A stretch of DNA of 64,000 nt from sequence record MT713136.1; one strand, written 5' to 3'. Each line of letters begins with the position of its first letter. Position 1 is the stretch's first letter. This document shows positions 19,040 to 29,447 of the stretch, in pieces. Below the pieces are notes generated by a model. The model was not told where the DNA came from. It was given only the letters and a program-made list of their open reading frames with translations, and ran no database searches. A program made the translations under genes and the position numbers.

Positions 19040-20264
19040 ACGCAGTACGGCGGCGTATGAAAACTTTACCATTGAGCGTATTGTTTTCTTTCAAAGCTTG
19101 GATAGTGAAGGGTTTGATATAACTGATATATTCAAATCCTTCTCCATATATGAAGGGATTAGTCAAGGGTTGCTGAAAGGCACCCTTGAATTTGTTGATT
19201 TCATGAATTTAATAAACTCAATTAATCCAAGAGGTGATGAGAAGGTACAAATAAGTTTTAGATCCGTACATTTAAACGGGGTGGATGCAAAAACGTATTC
19301 TAAAATATTCAAAGTTACTCGTTACGAAGATATTACAAACCCAAATACACAAACTCAAAAGTTTGTAAGACTTCATCTTGTATCCGAACAAGATCACAAG
19401 AATGAATATAGTCGGATCAGTAAAAGTTATAAAGGGACATCCATTCATGCAATCGTTTCTGATATGCTCAGGGTGATTGGGTTCACTGACGAAACCATAT
19501 TTGTCGAACCAACGCTTTATAACCGGGATATTGTAATCCCAAATTTAACACCGATATCAGTTATTAATTTCTTAGCTTCTTCTGCACAATCATCAGATGT
19601 TAATTCAAAGGGTGATAGTAATTTCTACTTTTATGAGGATGTAGATGGAGCCAAATTCAGAACTGGTACATCCATGATGGTTGGAGATCCGGTTGTTGAT
19701 CTGATATTTGAAGCAACTCACGACACTACAATGTATAACAAGATAATCAAGATGCAGCGTGTTAAGGGATACAACATACCAGAACAATATAGGAATGGTG
19801 GTCTAGGCGTTAACGTTCATTCGATGTCTTTGGATAAAAAGCTTTATACAAATAATTATCAGGATTATACGTCTGTAAAAGATGTATATCCAACATTAAA
19901 CCCAGAACCGTGGTTTGGTGGTGATATAAAACCAGAAAGAAATGCATGTGTTTATTTCACAACAGAAGATCAAATGTATAAGTATATCAATATGGGTTCT
20001 AATGGTAACTCTCTTGGTATAAGAGCAACAAACCGAACCTCACTAAACGCTAAAAGAATGCTTATTCAAGTTGCCGGTAATTCGGACCTGAGTTGTGGTC
20101 AAGTGGTAAATATTATTGCTGGTGATATGAATGGTGAAATGACATCAAAAGATGCAGGGCGCTGGCTTATCAACTCAATAAATCATGTATGTACACAGGG
20201 CTCTTATATCATGAACTTAGAATTGATATCTGATTCCGATACTAGAGGGAAGGATATACAATGA
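19026..20264 (+). CDS. 27: baseplate hub gp27-like protein
   Basis: Size, position before gp5, SIYE...KGTLEFVD, FYFYED, GRWLINSINH. Confidence 0.65.
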   Translation: MGISRRSTAAYENFTIERIVFFQSLDSEGFDITDIFKSFSIYEGISQGLLKGTLEFVDFMNLINSINPRGDEKVQISFRSVHLNGVDAKTYSKIFKVTRYEDITNPNTQTQKFVRLHLVSEQDHKNEYSRISKSYKGTSIHAIVSDMLRVIGFTDETIFVEPTLYNRDIVIPNLTPISVINFLASSAQSSDVNSKGDSNFYFYEDVDGAKFRTGTSMMVGDPVVDLIFEATHDTTMYNKIIKMQRVKGYNIPEQYRNGGLGVNVHSMSLDKKLYTNNYQDYTSVKDVYPTLNPEPWFGGDIKPERNACVYFTTEDQMYKYINMGSNGNSLGIRATNRTSLNAKRMLIQVAGNSDLSCGQVVNIIAGDMNGEMTSKDAGRWLINSINHVCTQGSYIMNLELISDSDTRGKDIQ

Positions 20265-22099
20265 AATTTGAATTCTTTTTTGGCGTTGTAGAGGATCGTT
20301 TTGATCCTCTTAATCAAGGGAGATATAGAGTTCGTGTGATGGGATACCACACTGATCAAAAATCAAAAGATGATTTGATTGGTATACCTACCGATGAGCT
20401 TCTTTGGATGCGTTGTGCCACGTCAACGGATTCAGCCTCTATATCTGGTGTAGGAAATAGCCCAACAAACCTAGTAGAGGGTGTGTGGGTGATGGGGGTT
20501 TTCAAGGATGAGTTTAAACAGGATGGTTTAATACTTTTTTCTATCCCCGGATCTTATGTCCAAAAACCAAATACTCTACGGGGATTCTGTGACCCAACAG
20601 GTCAATACCCTCGATATATTGGTAACGACGTTAATATATTAGCCGGTGGTGGTCAAAAAGGTAATGGGATCCATGGAACGGCACCAGTTTCTATTGATGG
20701 GAAGCCGTTATCGGTTTATACTCAGGATGAAAATACTTCTGGTGCATTAGCCCCAGATGACAAATCATTTGACGATGCAATCGCAGATGATGATCCAGAT
20801 TTCACAATTGAAAAAATGTTGAAGGGAGACGAAGGGGTTAGGAACAAATGGTATCTCGATTCTCTTGGATATCCAACCATAGGTATTGGTCATCTAATCA
20901 TACATGAGAATACACGAAACGTAGCCCGTATAGATGCGATTCTAACCCAACAGTTGGGTCATCCTGTACAAGGGGGTGTGATCTCCCCAGAAGACGTTAC
21001 AAAGCTGTTTAACGAGGATATCCAAAAGACTCGTGCTGATATGATGAGATTCGAAAATATACGTCGTGTCTACGTCAAAGAAAATAGAAGTCGTCAAATG
21101 GCTTTAGAAAATATGGCGTTTCAGATGGGGGCTGGCGGATTAGCGAAATTCAAAAATACACTAAACGCTATGTATGAAGAACGTTGGCGAGATGCATATA
21201 ATGGTATGCTCGACTCTCTTTGGGCTAGACAAACTCCGGGTCGAGCGAATCGGGTTGCCAAGATTATTTTAACCGGAAACCTAGAGTCTTATGGAGTAAA
21301 ACCAAAACCAGAGGAACCACCTGTTATCCCAATATCTGGGAGAATGAAGCGTTCTATTATGGCATTGTCCTCTCCGGTTGTTTTTGCTGACGAAGTAGAC
21401 CCAGATGATCCGTCCGTTCCACCACCACCTCGTACTGATGGTCTTCTTTTCGAAGAACCACCCAGCGCATATGCTGCTGAATACCCATATAACCATGTAT
21501 ATGAATCGGAGAGTGGTCATATTCAGGAATTTGATGATACTCCGGGGAAAGAACGATATAACCTGAAACATACATCGGGGACGTATATTGAGATTTCTGG
21601 TGGTGGTCGTCAAGTAAACAAAGTTATGGGTGATGACTATGTTATTGATATGGCAAACCGGATGATCAACGTAAAGGGTGATTATCAGGTAGTTGTTGAA
21701 GGTAACGCGACTGTATACGTTATGGGTAACTGTACCCAGCAAGTTGATGGAAACTTGACTCAGGTTGTCAAAGGAAACGTATCTGAATCGGTTTATGGTA
21801 ACGTTGAACAGTCGGTGAAGGGGAACGTTAAGCAAACTGTTAACGGTGGCTTAGAATCGCGTATAGACGCTGATGTGACCCTATCTGTCGGTGGTAGTGT
21901 TGTTAGTGATATAGAAGGGAATTTAACTGCAACAGTTCAAGGTAATTGCAACGAGAACGTAGAGGGTGATATGAACCTTAATGTTTTTGGTGATTATACA
22001 GTTACTGTATCTGGTGACTATAAATCGCAAGCTGCTCAATCTCTTATTACCTCTCAAGGTACGACCGAGATTAGTGGTTCTACTGTTAGTATTAACTAA
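20261..22099 (+). CDS. 5: baseplate hub/tail lysozyme gp5
   Basis: OB-fold DPLNQGRYRVRV, lysozyme DEG/GYPTIGIGH, EYPYNHV, VxGxxxxx beta-helix repeats. Confidence 0.97.
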   Translation: MKFEFFFGVVEDRFDPLNQGRYRVRVMGYHTDQKSKDDLIGIPTDELLWMRCATSTDSASISGVGNSPTNLVEGVWVMGVFKDEFKQDGLILFSIPGSYVQKPNTLRGFCDPTGQYPRYIGNDVNILAGGGQKGNGIHGTAPVSIDGKPLSVYTQDENTSGALAPDDKSFDDAIADDDPDFTIEKMLKGDEGVRNKWYLDSLGYPTIGIGHLIIHENTRNVARIDAILTQQLGHPVQGGVISPEDVTKLFNEDIQKTRADMMRFENIRRVYVKENRSRQMALENMAFQMGAGGLAKFKNTLNAMYEERWRDAYNGMLDSLWARQTPGRANRVAKIILTGNLESYGVKPKPEEPPVIPISGRMKRSIMALSSPVVFADEVDPDDPSVPPPPRTDGLLFEEPPSAYAAEYPYNHVYESESGHIQEFDDTPGKERYNLKHTSGTYIEISGGGRQVNKVMGDDYVIDMANRMINVKGDYQVVVEGNATVYVMGNCTQQVDGNLTQVVKGNVSESVYGNVEQSVKGNVKQTVNGGLESRIDADVTLSVGGSVVSDIEGNLTATVQGNCNENVEGDMNLNVFGDYTVTVSGDYKSQAAQSLITSQGTTEISGSTVSIN

Positions 22100-22100
22100 C

Positions 22101-22131
22101 GAAAAGGGATCCCAAATCTGGATCCCTTTTG
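22101..22131. terminator. bidirectional terminator
   Basis: AAAAGGGATCC...GGATCCCTTTT. Confidence 0.75.
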
Positions 22132-22133
22132 TT

Positions 22134-22409
22134 TTAGATGTCGTCTGCACTTCGTTTGATATATTCTTGGAGTGCTTCTTTTTCAAGTCCCCACACAAAA
22201 GATAGAGTGCCGCCACCTACATCAATTTCAAATGGACAGAAATCCCAATAAATGGTTTCTTTCATCTTTACTTCCATCAGAAGTTCTTCGTCTTCCACTT
22301 TATCAAAGTTCTTTTCGATAAAGTTTTTTAGTTCTCGACGAACTCTAAAATTATGAACCTGATTTTCTTTAAAACCAGCAAAATTAGTTCCTACATAAAT
22401 TAGTTTCAT
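22134..22409 (-). CDS. hypothetical protein
   Basis: AAGGA SD. Confidence 0.7.
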   Translation of the reverse strand: MKLIYVGTNFAGFKENQVHNFRVRRELKNFIEKNFDKVEDEELLMEVKMKETIYWDFCPFEIDVGGGTLSFVWGLEKEALQEYIKRSADDI

Positions 22410-22420
22410 ATTTATTTTCC

Positions 22421-22862
22421 TTATAGAGATTCCAACATCTCGTCAATTCGATGTACTTGCTTCATCAATTCTTTGCGCAAAACCAATAAATCATTTTTGG
22501 TTTTGTTTACCTTCGGGGGTTCATACGATTCATCATCTGATTCTGCTATCATAAGGCATTCTTTCATCTCTTTCGAAGTAAAGATTGGGCTGAATTCATT
22601 TAGATTTTCATATCCTTCTATTTTATAGATTCCATCTCCCTGTTTTTCATCTACAAAAAAGATTTCCATACCAAGTGTTTCCACTATGATGCGATTATTT
22701 TCCTCGTTCTGGGATTCGTCGTGAAATATAAACTCGGTCCCCTGAAACTTTGGTTACAAGACGAGGTTTTGACGCAACAACACCACCGACATTAATGGAT
22801 TCGGTTAAAACCCATTTATCAACTAGATGTGCATGTTTTTCTACTTTTTCTTTCTTACTCAT
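22421..22862 (-). CDS. hypothetical protein, possibly one ORF split by a +1 frameshift
   Basis: ATG at 22862; span is 3n+1; C4 run at 22739-22742. Confidence 0.45.
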
Positions 22863-23175
22863 TTATCACCTCAAACTTGTCTGTGTTCATCTCTTCGAGA
22901 TGACCCCATTCACTAGTACCCAACGAGATGATTTTCCCTTCTTCTGTGACAATCACGTAATCACGAGCACAAATATCCAAACAATCACCATCTACTGTTG
23001 GTGGATTATAAGCCTCTTGACCATCAAACGGGATCTGTTTCAGAACATAAACCCACTTGATGTTAGGAAACAATCCTTTAAGGTTAGCCAATGCGTGTTC
23101 ACATTTAACATACTTGTATGAATCAACATGCCAACTTTCACCGTAGAATTCACTTACATTATCAAAATCAATCAT
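22855..23175 (-). CDS. hypothetical protein
   Basis: ORF with SD. Confidence 0.7.
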   Translation of the reverse strand: MIDFDNVSEFYGESWHVDSYKYVKCEHALANLKGLFPNIKWVYVLKQIPFDGQEAYNPPTVDGDCLDICARDYVIVTEEGKIISLGTSEWGHLEEMNTDKFEVINE

Positions 23176-23183
23176 AAATCACC

Positions 23184-23471
23184 TTAAAATTGAATACTTG
23201 GGGAAACCATATAACTTTCGACATCCATATGTGGGAAGTACGTGATTGTCAAGGTATCAACCCCTTTAACCATTCGATCCTCGACTGGAACAAGACGGTT
23301 AATCTCCTTCCGGATCTCCTTGAGATCATCTTTAACACTATGAGTTTTCCCACGAACCTTTTTCCCAGAAAGGCTGATCGTGGTTTTCCCAAGTACATTA
23401 CTATAATACGAAGTGATATAAACCATACTTTCTCCTTTGTCGGTGTATTGATATGGTCTCATCCAATACAC
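23184..23471 (-). CDS. hypothetical protein
   Basis: ORF. Confidence 0.65.
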   Translation of the reverse strand: MYWMRPYQYTDKGESMVYITSYYSNVLGKTTISLSGKKVRGKTHSVKDDLKEIRKEINRLVPVEDRMVKGVDTLTITYFPHMDVESYMVSPSIQF

Positions 23472-23493
23472 CTTTTGTCAACTACTTATATAC

Positions 23494-23679
23494 CTACAGA
23501 CACCAAATATCTTGTGTTTCGGTGTCGTCTCGGATGATATCCAATTCGCCCCAACAATCAGTTTTCTTCGCAATGTCGATTGCTTCCTCTTCTGAGTTTG
23601 CATATACATAAGCAGTTTTGTGTCCGCGAACGTATCCACTAATCTCTTTTCTTACCTCATATTCTTTCATCTGACTCAT
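23494..23679 (-). CDS. hypothetical protein
   Basis: ORF. Confidence 0.65.
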   Translation of the reverse strand: MSQMKEYEVRKEISGYVRGHKTAYVYANSEEEAIDIAKKTDCWGELDIIRDDTETQDIWCL

Positions 23680-23682
23680 CTT

Positions 23683-23961
23683 TTACCCCTTATAATTCTT
23701 TTCAAGAATATCAATGATATGAGAAACCATAGCTTTGTTCTTATCCTTTTCCCAACTAAAGTGTCTGATATCCATAGAGAAAAGACTTTTTGGGAGAGAG
23801 AATTTGCGTATTAAGAACCCATCACCGCGACTCGTTGGGTCATCAACAAAGAAATCATATTCATCTTCCCACACACGAATTTCTTTAAGATATTTCTTGA
23901 CAAATTGGGAAACTGTAATATCAATTGTTTTTGTTGTTACTACTTGGTATGTATGTTTCAT
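23683..23961 (-). CDS. hypothetical protein
   Basis: Start MKHTYQV coupled to upstream stop. Confidence 0.65.
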   Translation of the reverse strand: MKHTYQVVTTKTIDITVSQFVKKYLKEIRVWEDEYDFFVDDPTSRGDGFLIRKFSLPKSLFSMDIRHFSWEKDKNKAMVSHIIDILEKNYKG

Positions 23962-24677
23962 CAGTAAAATTCCGCTGTTGCTATTTCGACCATGGGACTT
24001 ACACCATGCCACTCAGAAAGATAAATCGAAGTATCTACACCACACCCCGGTTCAAGACGGATCCCTGTTTGCTCGGTAAACTTCAAATACTTATTCGATT
24101 GGTCTTTGTCACAAAATGAACGTACACCACTGTATTTAAATCCAGCACTCATTTGAGGGATAATAAAGACCCCGAATTCAGATACCTTACTAGCGGCCTC
24201 TATTACCTTATATTCGAATTCTGCACCAGTATACCGACCTTTATAACCAGATGTATTGATGTTGCCAAAAGGTGGATTGCTAATACAAAAATCAAACCGG
24301 TCATTAGTGTTATCACAGTATTCCAGTGCGTCACCACGGATCCAGTTTGCATTAGGTACGACTCGTTTACCAACCTCAAAATATTCGTGGTTCAATTCAA
24401 CGCAAGTAATGTCGTTGTCATACAACCAGAAAGACAGGCCACCAATACCAGCACACAAATCCAACACAGAACGGTCTGGGTTAACTTCGATCATTGCATC
24501 ACGAGCTAACATAGCTGGGGTGAAGAATGCACCCGCAAGACCATTCATCTGGGTTGCTCCCTCTTGGTAATTCTCAAGGATAAAACGACGCTCATCCCAT
24601 GAAAGGACTTTATCAGAGTGAACAAGATCCATTGCCTTATTATGGAGTTTCAACGCCTGTTTGCTGATCTTAGCCAT
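23961..24677 (-). CDS. orphan N6-adenine DNA methyltransferase
   Basis: FFTP (X), DLCAGIG (I), NPPF (IV). Confidence 0.85.
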   Translation of the reverse strand: MAKISKQALKLHNKAMDLVHSDKVLSWDERRFILENYQEGATQMNGLAGAFFTPAMLARDAMIEVNPDRSVLDLCAGIGGLSFWLYDNDITCVELNHEYFEVGKRVVPNANWIRGDALEYCDNTNDRFDFCISNPPFGNINTSGYKGRYTGAEFEYKVIEAASKVSEFGVFIIPQMSAGFKYSGVRSFCDKDQSNKYLKFTEQTGIRLEPGCGVDTSIYLSEWHGVSPMVEIATAEFY

Positions 24678-24680
24678 TGA

Positions 24681-24983
24681 TCATTTACTCCATCGCTTGT
24701 ATTCAGTTGGGCAAATGTCTTGAACAGGACATTCATCGCAGTAACCGGAAGTATGCATTACTTCCTTACCGGGTACGGTTACATCTTCCCATTCATCTGG
24801 GTCAATTTCTTCATTATGAATACAACCCCAAATATCAGCCTCTTCCTTTCCCCAGTAGAAGATTGGCATTGTGTTAGCAATCTTGGTGCAAAGTTGTTGA
24901 AGCTTTTTCTTGTTTTCCATTACATTACGTTTTTTAACGGCTTTCAGTTCTTTATACTCTTCTTCTGTCAAAATGTATTGCAT
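24681..24983 (-). CDS. hypothetical protein (Cys-rich)
   Basis: ORF; GYCDECPVQDICP. Confidence 0.7.
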   Translation of the reverse strand: MQYILTEEEYKELKAVKKRNVMENKKKLQQLCTKIANTMPIFYWGKEEADIWGCIHNEEIDPDEWEDVTVPGKEVMHTSGYCDECPVQDICPTEYKRWSK

Positions 24984-25216
24984 TACACAAACTCCAATTT
25001 AAGGAAAGAACCTTTGAGATGACCGACGTTTCGACCACCCATAGACGGAACACCCAGATATGCATCCCAATCAAGTCCGTACTGAGATTTCTGTGGGAAA
25101 AGAACGACAATAATAGAACGAATATCTGGTTTCTTATCGGTTCCGCTATTCCATAAGTAGGTTCCGGGGGTTTTTGGTGTATAAGGTGAAAAACTACTCA
25201 GATTAATCTCCATCAC
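24983..25216 (-). CDS. hypothetical protein
   Basis: Coupled ORF. Confidence 0.65.
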   Translation of the reverse strand: MMEINLSSFSPYTPKTPGTYLWNSGTDKKPDIRSIIVVLFPQKSQYGLDWDAYLGVPSMGGRNVGHLKGSFLKLEFV

Positions 25217-25464
25217 TTACCCTCTTTCAGCATATCGATAAACGCCCCACGAATCGATTCCTTGCATTCATCGGTGTTTTGGTTGCTACCACACCAGATA
25301 GACTCAGCAACGCCTTTAAGGCCCTGTTCCTGTACGTTAACGGCAGCATAACCAACAAGAGCGACTTTTGCTGCAATCATCAAGAGAACACCGATAAAGA
25401 ACACGGTAAAGATCTTGTTGAAGTGGCGGAAAAACCAAGGCTGATCGCTGTTAAAATTGCGCAT
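25213..25464 (-). CDS. membrane-anchored hypothetical protein
   Basis: Hydrophobic N-terminal helix. Confidence 0.65.
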   Translation of the reverse strand: MRNFNSDQPWFFRHFNKIFTVFFIGVLLMIAAKVALVGYAAVNVQEQGLKGVAESIWCGSNQNTDECKESIRGAFIDMLKEGK

Positions 25465-25467
25465 ATT

Positions 25468-25965
25468 TTATTCCTCAATGTCAATACTAAAATTTGATGG
25501 GGTGATATTCGAGCCTACCGACTCAAGTTCTTTGTAAATATCACGTTCTCGAATCTTAAGCTGTTGTAGTTCTTTTGTCAATATACTTTCTTTACTTTTA
25601 ATATGACTACGAGCGAATTTATCCTTGACATACTCAGATACTTCTGGATCATTCATAGCCCATTCCATAATCATAGTCTTTGTAAATTCCGGTTGCCCAC
25701 TCAAAGTAATTTCTTCTGAATCAAGAAAACATTCCATCTCAGTTTTGGTAAATGGCATTTTGTACCCCGGATGGTAGTTGACTGTTTTTCGGTCTTCACT
25801 AATGACAACCGGTCGAAGTAATTCATCCTCTTCGATAGTAAACCATTTGGGGTATTCACACACGGAAATGATACTATTGTACAAATCATCGTTATTGTTA
25901 ATAACAAACAAATCCCAAGTGTTTTGACTTTTAAACTTATATTTCTTTTTCATCTTATTTCCCAT
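25468..25965 (-). CDS. hypothetical protein
   Basis: YKFK N-terminal motif. Confidence 0.7.
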   Translation of the reverse strand: MGNKMKKKYKFKSQNTWDLFVINNNDDLYNSIISVCEYPKWFTIEEDELLRPVVISEDRKTVNYHPGYKMPFTKTEMECFLDSEEITLSGQPEFTKTMIMEWAMNDPEVSEYVKDKFARSHIKSKESILTKELQQLKIRERDIYKELESVGSNITPSNFSIDIEE

Positions 25966-26173
25966 TCAAAAATTGTTTCAGTTGTTCTTTACATTGGTCG
26001 AGTTCAATACGAGCTTGTGCTTTAGCTGCCTTATTGACTTCATTCCTAATAGTATTGCTGTAGATCCAATGGTTGTCGGTGCCACCAGAAGTTGTTACAG
26101 AGATACCGTTTTTGATAATATCTTCCAAAACTTTGATCTGGTCGATGATTTTGTGGGATTGTTCGTAAGTCAT
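25955..26173 (-). CDS. hypothetical protein
   Basis: ORF with SD. Confidence 0.65.
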   Translation of the reverse strand: MTYEQSHKIIDQIKVLEDIIKNGISVTTSGGTDNHWIYSNTIRNEVNKAAKAQARIELDQCKEQLKQFLNGK

Positions 26174-26187
26174 GTTATATCTCCTAA

Positions 26188-26448
26188 TTATCCGAGGTCT
26201 TGAAGGATGAGAATGGTTCGGTTTGCTGGGTCTGCGTGAACATCATAGAACCCTTTATACTGGCCGTCTGTGATGACGAAGGAGTTACCCCAACAAATAG
26301 ATACCTTTTGGTAATTGATATCGTGACGCTTAAAGAAACGTTCTGCCATTTCTTCACAGTGTCCAGACAACCAACGAAGTTCAACTGCGTAGGCACCAGT
26401 AGGAAGGAGTTCAAAATTTTTCATGATATTACCTCTTAGTTGAACCAT
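26188..26448 (-). CDS. hypothetical protein
   Basis: ORF with GAGG SD. Confidence 0.6.
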   Translation of the reverse strand: MVQLRGNIMKNFELLPTGAYAVELRWLSGHCEEMAERFFKRHDINYQKVSICWGNSFVITDGQYKGFYDVHADPANRTILILQDLG

Positions 26449-26636
26449 GGGTCGTTAATCATTTCTTCTAAACGAGCTTGGATTTCTTTAATCTCTTGCT
26501 CGTAATCGATGAGAAGACCAGTATATTCTTTTTTGGAGCTATCATCAAGGTCTTTTGACAACATATTTCGACAGTATGCGGCCTGTTTACCAAGTGATTC
26601 TAACTTTTTCATGTTCAGTTCAACGTAATGGTTCAT
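26436..26636 (-). CDS. hypothetical protein
   Basis: GGAGG SD. Confidence 0.7.
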   Translation of the reverse strand: MNHYVELNMKKLESLGKQAAYCRNMLSKDLDDSSKKEYTGLLIDYEQEIKEIQARLEEMINDPWFN

Positions 26637-26895
26637 ATCGCTTCCTCCGAATCAACAAAGCCCATTCTACACGAACGGGCTTATAATGCAACTACTTTTA
26701 AACTTTTTCGTATGTCTTCTCGAAAATATCTGGTTTACAATGATAATGCTCCCCACTAACACCACGGATGATCCAATCACCTACATTTGCTGTCATGTTG
26801 ATGTAGAAACAGGGAAAGCTTACCATGCAAAGGGGAAAGACGATCCAAGACTACTTTCTGGACAATGTATACTTGGTAAAAAGTTGAAGGGATAA

Positions 26896-27096
26896 ATGAT
26901 GGTTTGGTTTACAAAAAAGAGAAAATCTAAAGGGGAACGCCTGAAAGCTCAGGCTACCCACACTGATGATTTTGGTGCATTATACAAGTATGTAAACGGT
27001 CGTCTATTTCATTTTAGACGACATCCCTACTGGGACGACATTTGTGTTTGGGGAATTATTAACCTCCCCAAAGACCACAAGATCTTTAAGAGGTAA
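26896..27096 (+). CDS. hypothetical protein
   Basis: ORF. Confidence 0.6.
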   Translation: MMVWFTKKRKSKGERLKAQATHTDDFGALYKYVNGRLFHFRRHPYWDDICVWGIINLPKDHKIFKR

Positions 27097-27097
27097 T

Positions 27098-27649
27098 ATG
27101 GTAAAATATCTTCTTTTATGTCTTTTAATCTCTACTCCTTTACATTCCGAGGTTTTAGATACTCAGAGGGTGTGGAGAGAACATATCATAAATGATGCTG
27201 CTTCGTTGAAAGAACGTCATTTGGTTGGTTCATTCCAACACCCAGATTATGAAGATGATATCGACCTTCCGTATATGCTTCATATAGGCTCTATACAGGC
27301 TCATAGGGCATTTTATCTTAATCTGACAACCATGAAGACAGACATACACCCAAAAGCGCCTATAACCGTTTCTATTGGCGATAACGAAGCAACTTATAGT
27401 TCTCAGAACTCAAGTTTTAAAGGAGTTGCTTCCACAATAAGAAATTCTGATTCTTCTGTAGCATTGAAACTATTTTCTTATGATGAACTGTATGGATGTA
27501 CAGGATCTTATAGAATGCTGTGGGAATCTGATTATATTTCGGTTAGGTATGTTACGCCTGCACTAGAACATAGGTCATTAACGTTAGATCTGAAAGGTCT
27601 CATTGAGACTATGGAGTATGTCTATGGGATCCCAGAAACGTGTAAATAA
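27098..27649 (+). CDS. putative secreted/periplasmic protein
   Basis: GAGG SD; signal-peptide-like MVKYLLLCLLISTPLHS. Confidence 0.65.
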   Translation: MVKYLLLCLLISTPLHSEVLDTQRVWREHIINDAASLKERHLVGSFQHPDYEDDIDLPYMLHIGSIQAHRAFYLNLTTMKTDIHPKAPITVSIGDNEATYSSQNSSFKGVASTIRNSDSSVALKLFSYDELYGCTGSYRMLWESDYISVRYVTPALEHRSLTLDLKGLIETMEYVYGIPETCK

Positions 27650-27702
27650 TTAAATGGTGGTCAATGATGTGATATGATCACCAGTGAAATAGGAGATTAA
27701 TC

Positions 27703-27984
27703 ATGTTTGCATTGACATTTTCCGACGAATCAGGAAAAACACATTTAATTTTTCAAAATGAACGGGCTCTACTCTTTAAGTCAAAAAAAGAAGCCGAAGA
27801 CTATGAACGCGATATATTCGTTCCTTACTTGGAAACTTCCATAGAGAAAGGGGTATTGGTTAAGAAACGCCCAATTCTTGGTGATGTTTATAAACCATTA
27901 TCTCAAGAAGAAATCCGAAAGATGTATCAGATTGGAAGTACCATTCGTGTGCTTGAAGTCAAAGATCTAAAATATAAGAAGTGA
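27703..27984 (+). CDS. hypothetical protein
   Basis: AGGAG SD. Confidence 0.7.
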   Translation: MFALTFSDESGKTHLIFQNERALLFKSKKEAEDYERDIFVPYLETSIEKGVLVKKRPILGDVYKPLSQEEIRKMYQIGSTIRVLEVKDLKYKK

Positions 27985-27994
27985 GAATTTTGAT

Positions 27995-28219
27995 ATGAGT
28001 TTTGAAAACGATGTTAAAGAACTAATTCGACGGTTTGATAATTCAGTTCCTCCCCCTTTTCGAGTTGGGGTTATGAAGAAATCAGACACGGTTTTTGAGA
28101 TTGCGGTCGTTGATCCTTTTGGTCAACCTATCCAAATCTTTACCGTTTATGAGTATAAAGATAAGGTTTATTATTGTCATGGACAACAATATAAATCACC
28201 AGAAAAGGATATCAACTAA
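27995..28219 (+). CDS. hypothetical protein
   Basis: ORF. Confidence 0.65.
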   Translation: MSFENDVKELIRRFDNSVPPPFRVGVMKKSDTVFEIAVVDPFGQPIQIFTVYEYKDKVYYCHGQQYKSPEKDIN

Positions 28220-28743
28220 TGAAGATTAAAACTCTGGTTACCATGGCATTGGCTGTGAGTAATGAAAGTAAATGCCCTAGCCATAAGGTTGGAACCGTTA
28301 TCGTTAAAGATGGTCGGGTTATTTCTACAGGGTATAATGGTACTCGTGCTGGTGGTATTAATCCTGATGAACATGCTATTAATATGAAATGGGCAGGGTG
28401 TCAGCATGGTATGGTACGTCTTTACCCAGAACATGAAGAGGAATATAGCAATTGGGCTAATATCCATGTTGTTCATAGTGAGATGAACGCCCTTCTATAT
28501 GCAGCCAGAGCTGGTCAGTCGGTTGATGGTGCTACTCTGGTAACATCCCTTAGCCCTTGTTCAAATTGTGCAAAACACATGGCGGCTGCTGGGATCAAGA
28601 AAGTAATTTATCATACCCGTTATAGTAAATCCCCTGATGGGTGGGAGAAGATACTTGAGGATCAGGGTATAGAAGTAGTCCATTGTGGGGATGTGATTGA
28701 TTTTAACAATTATGCGGTTAGAGTAAACCGTATTCAAAAGTGA
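28219..28743 (+). CDS. cd: dCMP deaminase
   Basis: SKC...KVG, ISTGYNG, HSEMNAL, SPCSNCAK. Confidence 0.95.
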   Translation: MKIKTLVTMALAVSNESKCPSHKVGTVIVKDGRVISTGYNGTRAGGINPDEHAINMKWAGCQHGMVRLYPEHEEEYSNWANIHVVHSEMNALLYAARAGQSVDGATLVTSLSPCSNCAKHMAAAGIKKVIYHTRYSKSPDGWEKILEDQGIEVVHCGDVIDFNNYAVRVNRIQK

Positions 28744-29159
28744 GAGATAATAAAATGAGTGATTCTTTTATGCGTCAGGCCCTAGTTGAACAAGAACCCC
28801 GTAGTTATGAAAACCTAACTGATGAACAGAAAGTTTTCTTCAAATCTGTTGTTGAGGAAGTTCTTCATTCGGGGGTCGTTGATTTGGTTTTTGAGAAGGT
28901 TGATGGTACTATCCGTAGTGGTAACGCAACTTTGGATACTGAGGTAATTGTAGAAGCTATTGGTCAACCTACCGAAGGTAGTTCCGAATCCAAACCTCGT
29001 AAAGTAAATCCAGATGTTGTTCGCTTCTTTGATGTGGACAAGGGTGCATTTCGGACATTTAAACTTAGCAATTTGATTCAAGTTGGATTTACCACTGTTG
29101 GTGATATTCATCATATGATAGAAGCTATGAGCTTGGGTGTGGTTGATATCGATGTTTAA
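28740..29159 (+). CDS. 31.1: gp31.1-like SH3/WYL-type protein
   Basis: VFEKVDGTIRS and FFDVDKGAFRTF, as in T4 31.1. Confidence 0.75.
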   Translation: MRDNKMSDSFMRQALVEQEPRSYENLTDEQKVFFKSVVEEVLHSGVVDLVFEKVDGTIRSGNATLDTEVIVEAIGQPTEGSSESKPRKVNPDVVRFFDVDKGAFRTFKLSNLIQVGFTTVGDIHHMIEAMSLGVVDIDV

Positions 29160-29403
29160 AATCGAAGTTCAACCAAGTCGAGAACTGTGTTATCATGATT
29201 TCGTTGATATGTTTGAAGGTGAGGTATTGAGTGCACCAACCCTTCATAAAATGAACTTAGTTATCAGTGAAATAGAACACAAAAATATTTGTAGAACTGG
29301 TCATTCATATACAAAAGATTATATGGTTATCGATCAAGACCTATTTTTGATGAAACGGTATTTTAATGAAATCTCATACAAATTATTAAATGGATACCAA
29401 TAA
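29152..29403 (+). CDS. hypothetical protein
   Basis: Coupled ORF MFKIEVQ. Confidence 0.6.
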   Translation: MFKIEVQPSRELCYHDFVDMFEGEVLSAPTLHKMNLVISEIEHKNICRTGHSYTKDYMVIDQDLFLMKRYFNEISYKLLNGYQ

Positions 29404-29447
29404 CATGCTATACTCGTTGTATATAAACCAATAAAAGAGAAAACGAA

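Noticed and set aside
21700-22099. Periodic repeats in gp5
   Set aside because: Known VxGxxxxx triple beta-helix of gp5, not a CRISPR or novel repeat.
26686-26895. Possible additional junction or start-less ORF near 26710
   Set aside because: Ambiguous; an internal ATG near 26740 could be the real start, so it was not called.
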